Below are positions 29,438-37,757 of a stretch of 64,000 nucleotides of DNA, one piece after another. Each line of letters opens with the position of its first letter. Within the stretch, counting starts at the first letter, position 1. The translations under genes and the position numbers were made by a program. The notes under the pieces were generated by a model. The model had not been told where the DNA came from, did not search any database, and saw nothing but the letters and a program-made list of their open reading frames with translations. Source of the stretch: Kiritimatiellia bacterium (lineage in GTDB: Bacteria; Verrucomicrobiota; Kiritimatiellia; RFP12; UBA1067); assembly GCA_041673345.1 (NCBI GenBank), contig JBAYXX010000006.1, positions 5,357 to 69,356 on the forward strand, given 5' to 3'.

Positions 29438-30172
29438 ATGAACGAAATTATAAACAATGAAATTGCGAATCATGAAAACCAGGTTGAAAAAAAACCGGGT
29501 GATGGTCAGGCGCGGTTTTCGTTGATTGAAGTTCGGGTGCTGGGTTGTTTGATTGAGAAGGATATCTCCACCCCGGAGTACTATCCGCTGACCTTGAATT
29601 CGTTGGTTGCAGCGTGTAATCAGAAATCCAATCGCGATCCTGCGATGCTGTTGGATGACAAGACAGTTGTCCGAACGCTCGAAGATTTACGCTACAACCA
29701 GCAAATCGTGCGGCAGATCTCCTCCACTGGCTCCCGTGTGCCAAAATACAAGCACATGGTGCCCGACCATTGGGGATTTACACTGCCGGAGCTGGCTGTT
29801 ATGTGCGAACTTTTCCTGCGTGGCCCGCAGACCGCTGGCCAGCTCCGCACCCGCGCCGCCCGCCTGCATGCCTTTACCTCCATTGAGGAGGTCGAAGCCA
29901 CACTGGCGGCACTGGTCACATGGGAGGATGGCCCGTTTGTGGTGCAACTGCCGCGTGAGACTGGCTGTCGTGAGCAGCGTTGGGCCCACCTGCTCTCCGG
30001 TGAACCTGCAGTTGATTCAGTAGTGAGCGAGGTCCGCCCCGAGCCCGCCCGGCTTATTGTCCAAGCCGAGAATGAGCGGATTACCGCGCTCGAAACAGAT
30101 GTGGCTGCCTTGCGCAAAGGGTTTGATCAATTGCTCACTGAATTCGCGGCTTTCCGGCACCAGTTTGACTAA
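29438..30172 (+). CDS. YceH/DUF480-family protein
   Basis: FSLIEVRVLGCLIEKDISTPEYYPLTLNSLVAACNQKSNRDP is the DUF480 signature. I prefer ATG 29438 over the track TTG. Confidence 0.8.
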   Translation: MNEIINNEIANHENQVEKKPGDGQARFSLIEVRVLGCLIEKDISTPEYYPLTLNSLVAACNQKSNRDPAMLLDDKTVVRTLEDLRYNQQIVRQISSTGSRVPKYKHMVPDHWGFTLPELAVMCELFLRGPQTAGQLRTRAARLHAFTSIEEVEATLAALVTWEDGPFVVQLPRETGCREQRWAHLLSGEPAVDSVVSEVRPEPARLIVQAENERITALETDVAALRKGFDQLLTEFAAFRHQFD

Positions 30173-30333
30173 AGCAGCTTTCCACACTGCTTTAGAAGTA
30201 AAGTAAGCATCTTGCTTGCTATGAAATTTTCAGTGAAGTTGGGGCTGTTTTAAAGTATGATTTTTATGCAGTTATAAAATGTCTCCGCCTCCTGCTTGAA
30301 CTTCTATGTGTGAAAGGGTAAAATACCAAAGAT

Positions 30334-31107
30334 ATGGAAACTATTAAACGCAAGATATTACTGGTCGATGATGACCAGAGCCTGCTGGAGACCCTGAGCG
30401 ATTTTCTCATTTTCGAGGGTTTTGATGTGCTTTGTTCGCCCAGCGGTGAGGATGCCTTGATCAAATTGCGCTCCTTTCAGCCAGATCTGATCATTTTGGA
30501 CATGGGGATGCCGGGTATGGGCGGCAAGGGTTTTCTAGACCGTATCACCAATCCCGATGGCAGTACTTCGGCCCCGGTTCTGGTTTTGACCGCCCGCTCA
30601 ACCATGGCGGAGTATTTTGCTGATAAGATGATCGCGTCATTCATGTCAAAGCCCTGTGATCCCGCAGATTTGTTGATGGAGGTCGGACGGATCATAATTC
30701 AGTTTGGCAGCCCTAAGAGTGCGGCTAGCACTAAAATGGTACGCAAACTGGTGGTGGCAGAGCCTGATGCGGCACTGCAGCATCAGCTGCAGGGCGAGTT
30801 AATGGCTGCGGGCTTTCATGTGGTCGCGGTTTCCAACGGGCTGGAAGCTCTGGAGAAAGCGATTGAGATCAAGCCGGACGCGGTTGTGATGCGTCTGGAA
30901 CTTCCTAAGATGAGTGCCAACGAGGTGCTCGGCATGCTCCGGCGACTGCCCGGGACCGCTGATGTGTCCGGGATTGTCTATGGCGTTACGCTGCCGGGGG
31001 TCGAATTGGATTATGTGGCAAAGCTCACGGTGCCGCAGAGTTGTCTGGTCAGTGATCTGAATGTCGATGCTATCGTAGATCGTGTGATGAACATCACCGG
31101 AGCATGA
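30334..31107 (+). CDS. Stand-alone response regulator with tandem receiver domains (canonical REC plus pseudo-receiver)
   Basis: REC1 has DD, the phospho-acceptor D in DLIILDMGMP, the T in LTARS and the K in SKP. REC2 has R at the acceptor position (DAVVMRLELP). No output domain. Confidence 0.8.
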   Translation: METIKRKILLVDDDQSLLETLSDFLIFEGFDVLCSPSGEDALIKLRSFQPDLIILDMGMPGMGGKGFLDRITNPDGSTSAPVLVLTARSTMAEYFADKMIASFMSKPCDPADLLMEVGRIIIQFGSPKSAASTKMVRKLVVAEPDAALQHQLQGELMAAGFHVVAVSNGLEALEKAIEIKPDAVVMRLELPKMSANEVLGMLRRLPGTADVSGIVYGVTLPGVELDYVAKLTVPQSCLVSDLNVDAIVDRVMNITGA

Positions 31108-31563
31108 TTGATGCGTTGCCCCAAGTGTGACAAGAATGACGACAAGGTGCTTGACAGCCGGGCCGCCCGTGATGATAAGGCGATCCGCCGGCGTCGGCAA
31201 TGTCTGGTTTGCGACCATCGTTTCACCACCTATGAGGAAATTGTGCGTGATGAGCTGAAGGTCTTAAAGCGGGACGGACGGCTGGAAACTTTTGATCGTA
31301 TCAAGCTGGAACGCGGTTTGATGCGCGCCTGCGAAAAACGTCCTGTGACCACTGATCAAATTCATGATCTGCTGGATCAGATCATTAAAAGTTTTGGTGA
31401 CCGCGCGGAGATTACCGTGGATGAAATCGGCGAGACCGCTCTAAAACAACTCCATTTGATTGACGAGGTGGCTTACATCAGGTTTGCATCTGTTTATCGT
31501 CGGTTTGAGGATGTGAGTGAGTTTATTAAGGCGATCAAAGAGATTGCGCAAAATCAAGGATAG
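31108..31563 (+). CDS. nrdR: Transcriptional repressor NrdR
   Basis: Zn ribbon CPKC..CLVC followed by an ATP-cone. 151 aa. Confidence 0.95.
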   Translation: MMRCPKCDKNDDKVLDSRAARDDKAIRRRRQCLVCDHRFTTYEEIVRDELKVLKRDGRLETFDRIKLERGLMRACEKRPVTTDQIHDLLDQIIKSFGDRAEITVDEIGETALKQLHLIDEVAYIRFASVYRRFEDVSEFIKAIKEIAQNQG

Positions 31564-31565
31564 CG

Positions 31566-31889
31566 ATGTACAAGCTGACCGTCTATATTCCGGCAACGCA
31601 TTTGGAGCAGGTCAAGGATGCACTCTTCGCGGCCGGTGCCGGACAATATCAAAACTATGACCGCTGCTGCTGGCAGGTGTGTGGTGAGGGGCAGTTCAGG
31701 CCGCTCCCTGGCAGCCAGCCTTTTCTAGGGGAGGAGCTGCAAGAGGAACGCCTGCCGGAGTATCGCGTCGAGATGCTCTGCGCGGATGATCTGATTCAAG
31801 CGGTCGCAATAGCTCTCAAAGCAGCTCACCCCTACGAAGAGCCTGCCTATGATTTTGTTAAAATAATTCGGCTATGCCCAATTATCTGA
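31566..31889 (+). CDS. Small PII-like protein of the YqfO/Nif3-associated family (COG3323-like)
   Basis: MYKLTVYIPATHLEQVKDALFAAGAG..GQFRPLPGSQPF..YRVEMLC..HPYEEPAYD matches my memory of this ~100-aa family. Confidence 0.65.
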   Translation: MYKLTVYIPATHLEQVKDALFAAGAGQYQNYDRCCWQVCGEGQFRPLPGSQPFLGEELQEERLPEYRVEMLCADDLIQAVAIALKAAHPYEEPAYDFVKIIRLCPII

Positions 31890-32536
31890 TTCCGCTGTGC
31901 GGAATAGCAGTGTCCCGCCCTGAAATATGTTGTCACTTTTTGGAACAAACAATTAACTGTTCGTTTGCGTCCCATAAGGGGCTGCTTGGCGATTGCGTTT
32001 TGAAAATCAACCTGAAAGATGGCTACTGTGTTTCCTGCGGTCGCGAAAGCGGTGTGCTTTATCGCAGCTGTCCATATTGTGGCGAACGGGTCTGGCACCC
32101 TTTGTGGCGCCGCTTAGCCAAGGGCTATACTCTGTTCATTCTGCCATTGCTACTGGCAACAACGGCTCTAGTTAATCCAGCCAGTTGGTCTTCTTTTTGG
32201 GAACTCTGCTGTAATGGCGTGTGGCTGTGGCAGGGGGTTCTGGGGGTTTCGATAGGCCTGCTGTTGATGCCCAGAGATGACAAACGGCTGATCTTGACAT
32301 CTTCCAAGGAACATCTCCTCTGGCTGCTGAACTCCTTGGCAGCCTCAGTGCTTCTGTTGCTGTGCGCTGTGGTTTCAACACGTCCCCTTCGTTCAAACGT
32401 CTCGCTGGACGCAGCAGATTGGCTGTTGGTGGCAACCTGTTGGAGCAGTGCCCTGCTGATCCCGCTTGCTCTTAACTCAGGGTGGTGGCGGGTAATACTG
32501 GCCGCTTTGATTGTGCTGGCTTTACTTCTGATATGA
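31874..32536 (+). CDS. Membrane protein with an N-terminal zinc ribbon (hypothetical)
   Basis: CVSCG..CPYCG ribbon, then four hydrophobic helices. The start is uncertain: ATG 31874 overlaps the upstream gene, and TTG 32000 is also possible. Confidence 0.5.
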   Translation: MPNYLIPLCGIAVSRPEICCHFLEQTINCSFASHKGLLGDCVLKINLKDGYCVSCGRESGVLYRSCPYCGERVWHPLWRRLAKGYTLFILPLLLATTALVNPASWSSFWELCCNGVWLWQGVLGVSIGLLLMPRDDKRLILTSSKEHLLWLLNSLAASVLLLLCAVVSTRPLRSNVSLDAADWLLVATCWSSALLIPLALNSGWWRVILAALIVLALLLI

Positions 32537-32574
32537 GTCCTCTGATGCTTTTTACCCTCAAGGCGTGACCATTT

Positions 32575-32654
32575 AATGGTCACGCAAACCAATGGTCACG
32601 CAAACCAATGGTCACGCAAACCAATGGTCACGCAAACCAATGGACGCGTAAACC
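32575..32654 (+). repeat. 16-nt tandem array, 5 units of aatggtcacgcaaacc (last unit degenerate)
   Basis: Direct reading. Preceded by the 19-nt palindrome gtgaccatttaatggtcac (32565-32583). Confidence 0.95.
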
Positions 32655-32690
32655 AACCCAAAATCGCAGTTTTTTGCACAAATCTAAAAA

Positions 32691-32737
32691 ACACTACATT
32701 TAGTGTTTGAAAAATTACGCACAACAATATATAGTTG
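32691..32737 (+). promoter_or_regulatory. Two NrdR boxes upstream of nrdD
   Basis: acactacatttagtgt (32691-32706) and caacaatatatagttg (32722-32737) fit the 16-nt palindromic NrdR-box consensus acaCwAtATaTwGtgt. Their starts are 31 nt apart (three helical turns), and box 2 ends 54 nt before the nrdD ATG. Confidence 0.8.
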
Positions 32738-32790
32738 ATACTTGTTTTGTAAGAGTTGCTTTGGTTTAGTTTTTTAACAGGAGGTTTGTG

Positions 32791-34896
32791 ATGGAAAATA
32801 TGGTTCAGCCCGATCTGATTTTACGTATAAAAAAGCGCGATGGCCGCGAAGAAGCTTTTGATCTGAAAAAAATTGTTCAAGCTGTCAGAACCGCAGGTGA
32901 GGCCACTGGAGAGTTTGGCTCGGATGAGGCTCGCAAGCTGAGCATCAAAGTAATGTCGCTGATTCAAGCATTATACGATACGCTGGAAATCACTGTTGAA
33001 AGTGTGCAGGATATTGTTGAGGAGGTGCTGCTAACCTCCCCTTACCGGAAAACAGCCAAAGCCTACATTATCTACCGCGATCAACACGCCCGGATGCGTG
33101 AGATGGTCAAAAAGGCCGATGTTGATTTGATCGACAGCTACCTTGCCCGCGCGGATTGGCGCGTCAAAGAAAATTCGAATATGGCCTATTCGCTGCAAGG
33201 TTTGAACAACTATATCTCCAGTGAAATCAGCAAAGTTTACTGGCTCAACAAAATCTACCCGACTGAGGTGCGTGAGGCGCATGACAGTGGCGCACTCCAC
33301 CTTCATGACCTTGGTCTGCTCAGTGTCTACTGCGTGGGCTGGGACTTGCAGGATCTGCTGCGCAGCGGGTTCAAGGGTGTTGCGGGCAAGGCCGAGAGTC
33401 TGCCTGCCAAGCATTTCAGGACTGCGCTGGGCCAGATTGTCAATTTCTTCTACACCCTGCAGGGCGAAGCCGCCGGCGCACAGGCTTTTTCCAGCTTTGA
33501 CACCTTGCTGGCGCCTTTTGTGCGTTACGATAATCTCTCTTATAAAGAGGTGCAGCAGGCGCTGCAGGAGTTTGTCTTCAACGTGAATGTGCCTACCCGG
33601 GTCGGTTTCCAGACCCCATTCACGAATATCACGATGGATCTGATCGCACCTGCCACGATTGCCAATGAGAATGTTGTGATCGGCGGACGGGATATGCCGG
33701 AGACCTACGCGGATTTCCAAGTCGAGATGGATATGATCAACAACGCCTTTCTGGAGGTCATGACCCAGGGCGATGCCAAAGGACGCGTTTTTACCTTCCC
33801 GATCCCAACCTACAATGTCTCCAAAGATTTCGACTGGGAACGTCCTGGGCTGGAGAAGCTCTGGGAGGTCACCGCGAAATACGGAATCCCATACTTCGCT
33901 AATTTTGTGAACTCGGATATGAGCCCGGATGATGCCCGTTCCATGTGCTGCCGGCTGCGGCTGGACACCCGTGAGTTGATTAAACGTGGTGGAGGTCTCT
34001 TTGGGGCCAACCCGCAGACTGGATCGATCGGCGTGGTCACCATCAACATGCCGCGTCTGGGCTATCTGGCCGAGGATGAGGGCGAGTTTATCGCACGTCT
34101 CGACAGTCTGATGACCATTGCCCGCAACAGCCTGGAGATCAAGCGTAAGGTGCTGGAGCAGTTCACCAAGCAGGAGCTTTACCCTTACACCAGCTTCTAT
34201 CTGCGCCAGGTGTATCAGCGCTTTGAAAAATTCTGGCAGAATCACTTCTCGACCATTGGTCTGGTTGGCTTGAATGAGGCGTGCCTCAACCTCTTTGGCA
34301 AAGATATTGGAACGCCTGAGGGCCAAGCCTTTGGCCTGCGGGTTATGGATTTTATGCGTGAACGACTGGTGGATTTCCAGGAAGAGAGCGGCAATTTCTA
34401 CAATCTGGAGGCAACTCCGGCTGAGGGCACCACCTACCGCCTGGCGCGTCTGGACAAAAAATATTATCCCGCCATTATCTCCGCTGGCACCGATGGCGAG
34501 CCTTTCTACTCAAACTCCACCCAGCTTCCAGTCAACTACAGCAGCGATATCATGCAGGTGCTGGACCTGCAGGATGAGATTCAGACCAAGTATACTGGCG
34601 GCACAGTGGTACATACCTTTATCGGCGAGGCGGTCAGCGATCCTCTGGCAGTCAAGGCCTTTGTGAAGATGGTCTGCACCAATTACCGTCTGCCCTATTT
34701 CACGATCACCCCGACCTTCAGCGTCTGCGAGGAGCACGGCTACCTCAAAGGCGAGCAGCGCTCCTGTCCCACCTGTAATCGCAAAACCGAGGTTTACTCC
34801 AGGGTTGTCGGCTATATACGTCCTGTGGAACAGTGGAACGAGGGCAAGCAGCATGAGTTCGAACGGCGCAAGACTTACAGCCTGACACCTGCTTAG
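32791..34896 (+). CDS. nrdD: Anaerobic ribonucleoside-triphosphate reductase (class III)
   Basis: N-terminal ATP-cone (ILRIKKRDGREEAFD), C-terminal CPTC zinc site and glycyl-radical motif SRVVGYIRP. aggagg SD. Confidence 0.95.
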   Translation: MENMVQPDLILRIKKRDGREEAFDLKKIVQAVRTAGEATGEFGSDEARKLSIKVMSLIQALYDTLEITVESVQDIVEEVLLTSPYRKTAKAYIIYRDQHARMREMVKKADVDLIDSYLARADWRVKENSNMAYSLQGLNNYISSEISKVYWLNKIYPTEVREAHDSGALHLHDLGLLSVYCVGWDLQDLLRSGFKGVAGKAESLPAKHFRTALGQIVNFFYTLQGEAAGAQAFSSFDTLLAPFVRYDNLSYKEVQQALQEFVFNVNVPTRVGFQTPFTNITMDLIAPATIANENVVIGGRDMPETYADFQVEMDMINNAFLEVMTQGDAKGRVFTFPIPTYNVSKDFDWERPGLEKLWEVTAKYGIPYFANFVNSDMSPDDARSMCCRLRLDTRELIKRGGGLFGANPQTGSIGVVTINMPRLGYLAEDEGEFIARLDSLMTIARNSLEIKRKVLEQFTKQELYPYTSFYLRQVYQRFEKFWQNHFSTIGLVGLNEACLNLFGKDIGTPEGQAFGLRVMDFMRERLVDFQEESGNFYNLEATPAEGTTYRLARLDKKYYPAIISAGTDGEPFYSNSTQLPVNYSSDIMQVLDLQDEIQTKYTGGTVVHTFIGEAVSDPLAVKAFVKMVCTNYRLPYFTITPTFSVCEEHGYLKGEQRSCPTCNRKTEVYSRVVGYIRPVEQWNEGKQHEFERRKTYSLTPA

Positions 34897-35322
34897 TTTG
34901 AAGGTCAAACGCACCCGACCCCGAGTTGCATAGTGAAAGGTACACCGTGGGGTGTAGGGTTGCTTCTGCCTTGTCCGCCGTAGCCTTGGCGAAGGAGGAA
35001 GAAGCAATTGCGGATACTGGGCAGGTATTCGCCAAAGACGCCCCATGGGATTTCATGATCTTTGATTGGCTCTTCCGTCTTCGTCCCGCAAGCGGAACTA
35101 CGCCGGACAAGCACCGCCAACCCTACACTTTCAACCATAATGAAGTTTGCTTTGTCATTCGGTGTAGTCGCCGCTTTACGAGCGGCGTCGGTTGACGATG
35201 ATGTGCGACGATGCTGGTTGATGATTAAAGCCCACTTTCAGTTATACGTGAGCAGTAATGTTTTACAAACAAAAATCGAAGTTATGGGCAAGGTTCGAGG
35301 CAAGGTTTAAGAAAGGTAGATT
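34897..35322. repeat. Mosaic intergenic repeat block R8, inserted between nrdD and nrdG
   Basis: Module B with an internal insertion (34933-35135), module A fragment (35160-35225), and ggcaaggttcgaggcaaggtt (35287-35307). Confidence 0.85.
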
Positions 35323-35946
35323 ATGAAGATTGCTGGAATGGTGCCATTGAGTTTATGTGATTATCCCGGTCACATCGCGGCGGTTGTATTTACCCAGGGT
35401 TGCAACTTTAAGTGCCCGTTTTGTCACAATGGACACCTGATTCCTGAGAGCTCTGAGGGTGCGGAAATACTGGAGGAGTCCTCGATTTTCGCCTTGCTGG
35501 CAGAGCGCTGTGCAAAGCTTCAGGGGGTGGTGGTGAGTGGCGGGGAGCCGACTTTGCAACCTGATCTTGCTGATTTTTTGCAGCGCGTTAAGGCGCTGGG
35601 CCTGAAAACTAAACTCGACACCAACGGCGCCCGGCCTGCAGTACTCAGTGATCTGCTAAACCAAGGCCTACTGGACTTTGTGGCCATGGACATTAAAGCG
35701 CCTTGGTGTAAATATGAGGCGCTTGCCGGTGTCCTCTGTGATGTGGCCGCGTTGCAGCAGAGTGTTAATCTGATAGCCAGTGCTGGTATTGAACATCAGT
35801 TCCGAACAACGCAGGTGCATCATCTGCTGAACTCAGAGGATTACGCTGAGATAAAGCACCAGATCCCCAATGGTAGTCAGCATGTCTGGCAGGAGTACCG
35901 ACCTGTGTGTAAGTTAGATGTAACCGCTCAGAATTCAGGCTTCTGA
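35323..35946 (+). CDS. nrdG: Anaerobic ribonucleotide reductase activating protein (radical SAM)
   Basis: CDYPGHIAAVVFTQGCNFKCPFCHN (CxxxCxxC cluster). Confidence 0.9.
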   Translation: MKIAGMVPLSLCDYPGHIAAVVFTQGCNFKCPFCHNGHLIPESSEGAEILEESSIFALLAERCAKLQGVVVSGGEPTLQPDLADFLQRVKALGLKTKLDTNGARPAVLSDLLNQGLLDFVAMDIKAPWCKYEALAGVLCDVAALQQSVNLIASAGIEHQFRTTQVHHLLNSEDYAEIKHQIPNGSQHVWQEYRPVCKLDVTAQNSGF

Positions 35947-36089
35947 CCCCTGAGTAGTTACAGTTAGATTTATAATTCAGCCCATGCGATCTTATTCTTT
36001 TTGTGCGTGTAATTTACTTGGTTCACCGCTATTATGTGGTGTTGGGCGATGTTGCCGAGTTTAACGTTTTCGCAAGGAGTTAATAAACG

Positions 36090-37388
36090 ATGAAAATTAC
36101 GATTGTTGGGTCGGGTTACGTTGGTTTAGTTGCTGGTGCCTGCTTTGCTGAGTTGGGGAATGATGTGATCTGCCTGGATGTTGATGTCGAGAAGGTTGAA
36201 GCTTTGAAGACGGGCGTTGTCCCGATCTATGAGCCGGGGCTGGATGAACTGATCGTCCGCAGCCATAGAGAGGGTCGGCTCCAGTTTACAGTTGATAAGC
36301 GCAAGGCGATTCAATTTGCCGAGATTATCTTTATTGCGGTTGGAACTCCGATGGGCGAGAACTATGAGGCTGACCTGCGTGATGTCAGAGCGGTTGCTGC
36401 GGATATCGGCACGCACATGCAGGAGTATAAGGTTGTTGTTAACAAGAGTACCGTTCCAGTGGGAACAGCGGCGATGGTCAAGGCGATTATTAAGCAGAGC
36501 CAGCCAACGGACATTGAGGTGGATGTTGTCTCTAACCCCGAATTTTTACGGGAGGGGGCGGCAATCAAAGACTTTATGTTGCCAGACCGAGTTGTGGTTG
36601 GGAGCGACTCTGAGCGGGCTGAGGATATTATGCGGAGGCTCTATCAGCCGCTTGTCCGCATTGATCATCCGATGGTCGTCACCGATATCAAGAGCGCGGA
36701 GTTGATCAAATATGCGGCCAATGCGATGCTGGCCACCCGCATCAGTTTTATGAATGAACTCTCGCACCTGGCCGAGGCCGTGGGTGCCGATATCAAGAAA
36801 GTCGCGCTCGGTATGGGGCTGGATAAGCGCATTGGCTCGCGCTTTCTGCAGGCCGGCGTGGGCTATGGAGGCAGCTGTTTTCCGAAAGATGTGCAGGCTT
36901 TGATTCACACCATGAAAGAAAGCGGGTGCCACTCCCGAATTCTGAATGCCGTTGAAGAGGTGAATAATGACCAAAAACTCTCGTTGATACCCAAGGTTGA
37001 GCGTTTGGTTGGCGATTTGGCTGGAAAAAAAATAGCGGTCTGGGGGTTGGCGTTTAAACCCAAAACCGATGACATCCGTAACTCACCGGCGCTGCAGATG
37101 ATTGCCGAGATGCAGCGGCGTGGTGCGGTGATCGCCGCTTTTGACCCGGTTGCCGAGAGCAACTGCCGCAGGGAGGGGGTTGCGGTTGAGTATGTCCAGA
37201 AACCTTTGGATGCGCTTGTGGATGCGGACTGTCTTGTTCTGATAACAGAGTGGGATGTGTTCAGAGGATTGGACCGGGCGGAGATGAAACGCTTGATGAA
37301 GAGCCCCAATATCGCTGATGGCCGTAATGTCTATGATCAGGGTGAGATGCGCTCGCTAGGCTTTAATTACCTCAGCGTCGGGCGTTAA
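36090..37388 (+). CDS. ugd: UDP-glucose 6-dehydrogenase
   Basis: MKITIVGSGYVGLVAGACFAELGNDVICLDVD, GGSCFPKD catalytic Cys region, 432 aa. Confidence 0.92.
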   Translation: MKITIVGSGYVGLVAGACFAELGNDVICLDVDVEKVEALKTGVVPIYEPGLDELIVRSHREGRLQFTVDKRKAIQFAEIIFIAVGTPMGENYEADLRDVRAVAADIGTHMQEYKVVVNKSTVPVGTAAMVKAIIKQSQPTDIEVDVVSNPEFLREGAAIKDFMLPDRVVVGSDSERAEDIMRRLYQPLVRIDHPMVVTDIKSAELIKYAANAMLATRISFMNELSHLAEAVGADIKKVALGMGLDKRIGSRFLQAGVGYGGSCFPKDVQALIHTMKESGCHSRILNAVEEVNNDQKLSLIPKVERLVGDLAGKKIAVWGLAFKPKTDDIRNSPALQMIAEMQRRGAVIAAFDPVAESNCRREGVAVEYVQKPLDALVDADCLVLITEWDVFRGLDRAEMKRLMKSPNIADGRNVYDQGEMRSLGFNYLSVGR

Positions 37389-37410
37389 TCTTCGGGTGTT
37401 AATCTTCGGG

Positions 37411-37439
37411 TTGACAAATTTCAGCAGAAGTAGCATAAT
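37411..37439 (+). promoter_or_regulatory. Sigma-70-type promoter (TTGACA - 17 nt - CATAAT)
   Basis: TTGACA at 37411-37416, a 17-nt spacer, and CATAAT at 37434-37439. Confidence 0.7.
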
Positions 37440-37469
37440 TTTGAACTTCGACGGTGAAACAGTCCGTCA

Positions 37470-37612
37470 GATCGGAATAATAAACGGAAGTCCGTGAGAT
37501 TCGGACGCGGTCGCGCCACTGTAAAAAGCTACGACCTCCCAGATACCATGCATCAGCAGAAGGTGGGAGGAAGGTTTGAAGCTCTAAGCCAGGAGACGTG
37601 TTATTCGGATAC
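37470..37612 (+). promoter_or_regulatory. Cobalamin (B12) riboswitch aptamer
   Basis: ggaagtccgtgagattcggacgcggtcgc then GCCACTG (37515-37521), gggaggaagg, and the B12-box-like aagccaggagacgtg (37586-37600). P1-like pairing between ggaataa (37474-37480) and ttattc (37601-37606). Confidence 0.8.
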
Positions 37613-37669
37613 TGCAAGATTCCTCCGCGGGATATGAGGATCAGGAGTATTGAGACATTGTTTCATATT

Positions 37670-37710
37670 GCTTCGGATTCCATATGAGAACTCCGAAGTT
37701 TTTTGTTTTT
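37670..37710 (+). terminator. Intrinsic terminator (riboswitch expression platform)
   Basis: gcttcggattc / gaactccgaag stem followed by ttttttgttttt. Confidence 0.75.
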
Positions 37711-37757
37711 AAGGTTCCGCCCTAACACCAACATAACCAAGGTAAAGGCATGGAGCT

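Noticed and set aside
32575-32654. Possible CRISPR arrays: the tandem repeats here, at 2058-2153 and elsewhere.
   Set aside because: The units are contiguous with no unique spacers, the unit lengths (6-16 nt) are far below CRISPR repeat size, and no cas genes are present.
37399-37617. A 72-aa minus-strand ORF downstream of ugd.
   Set aside because: It coincides with the plus-strand promoter and cobalamin riboswitch, and has no SD or recognisable motifs.
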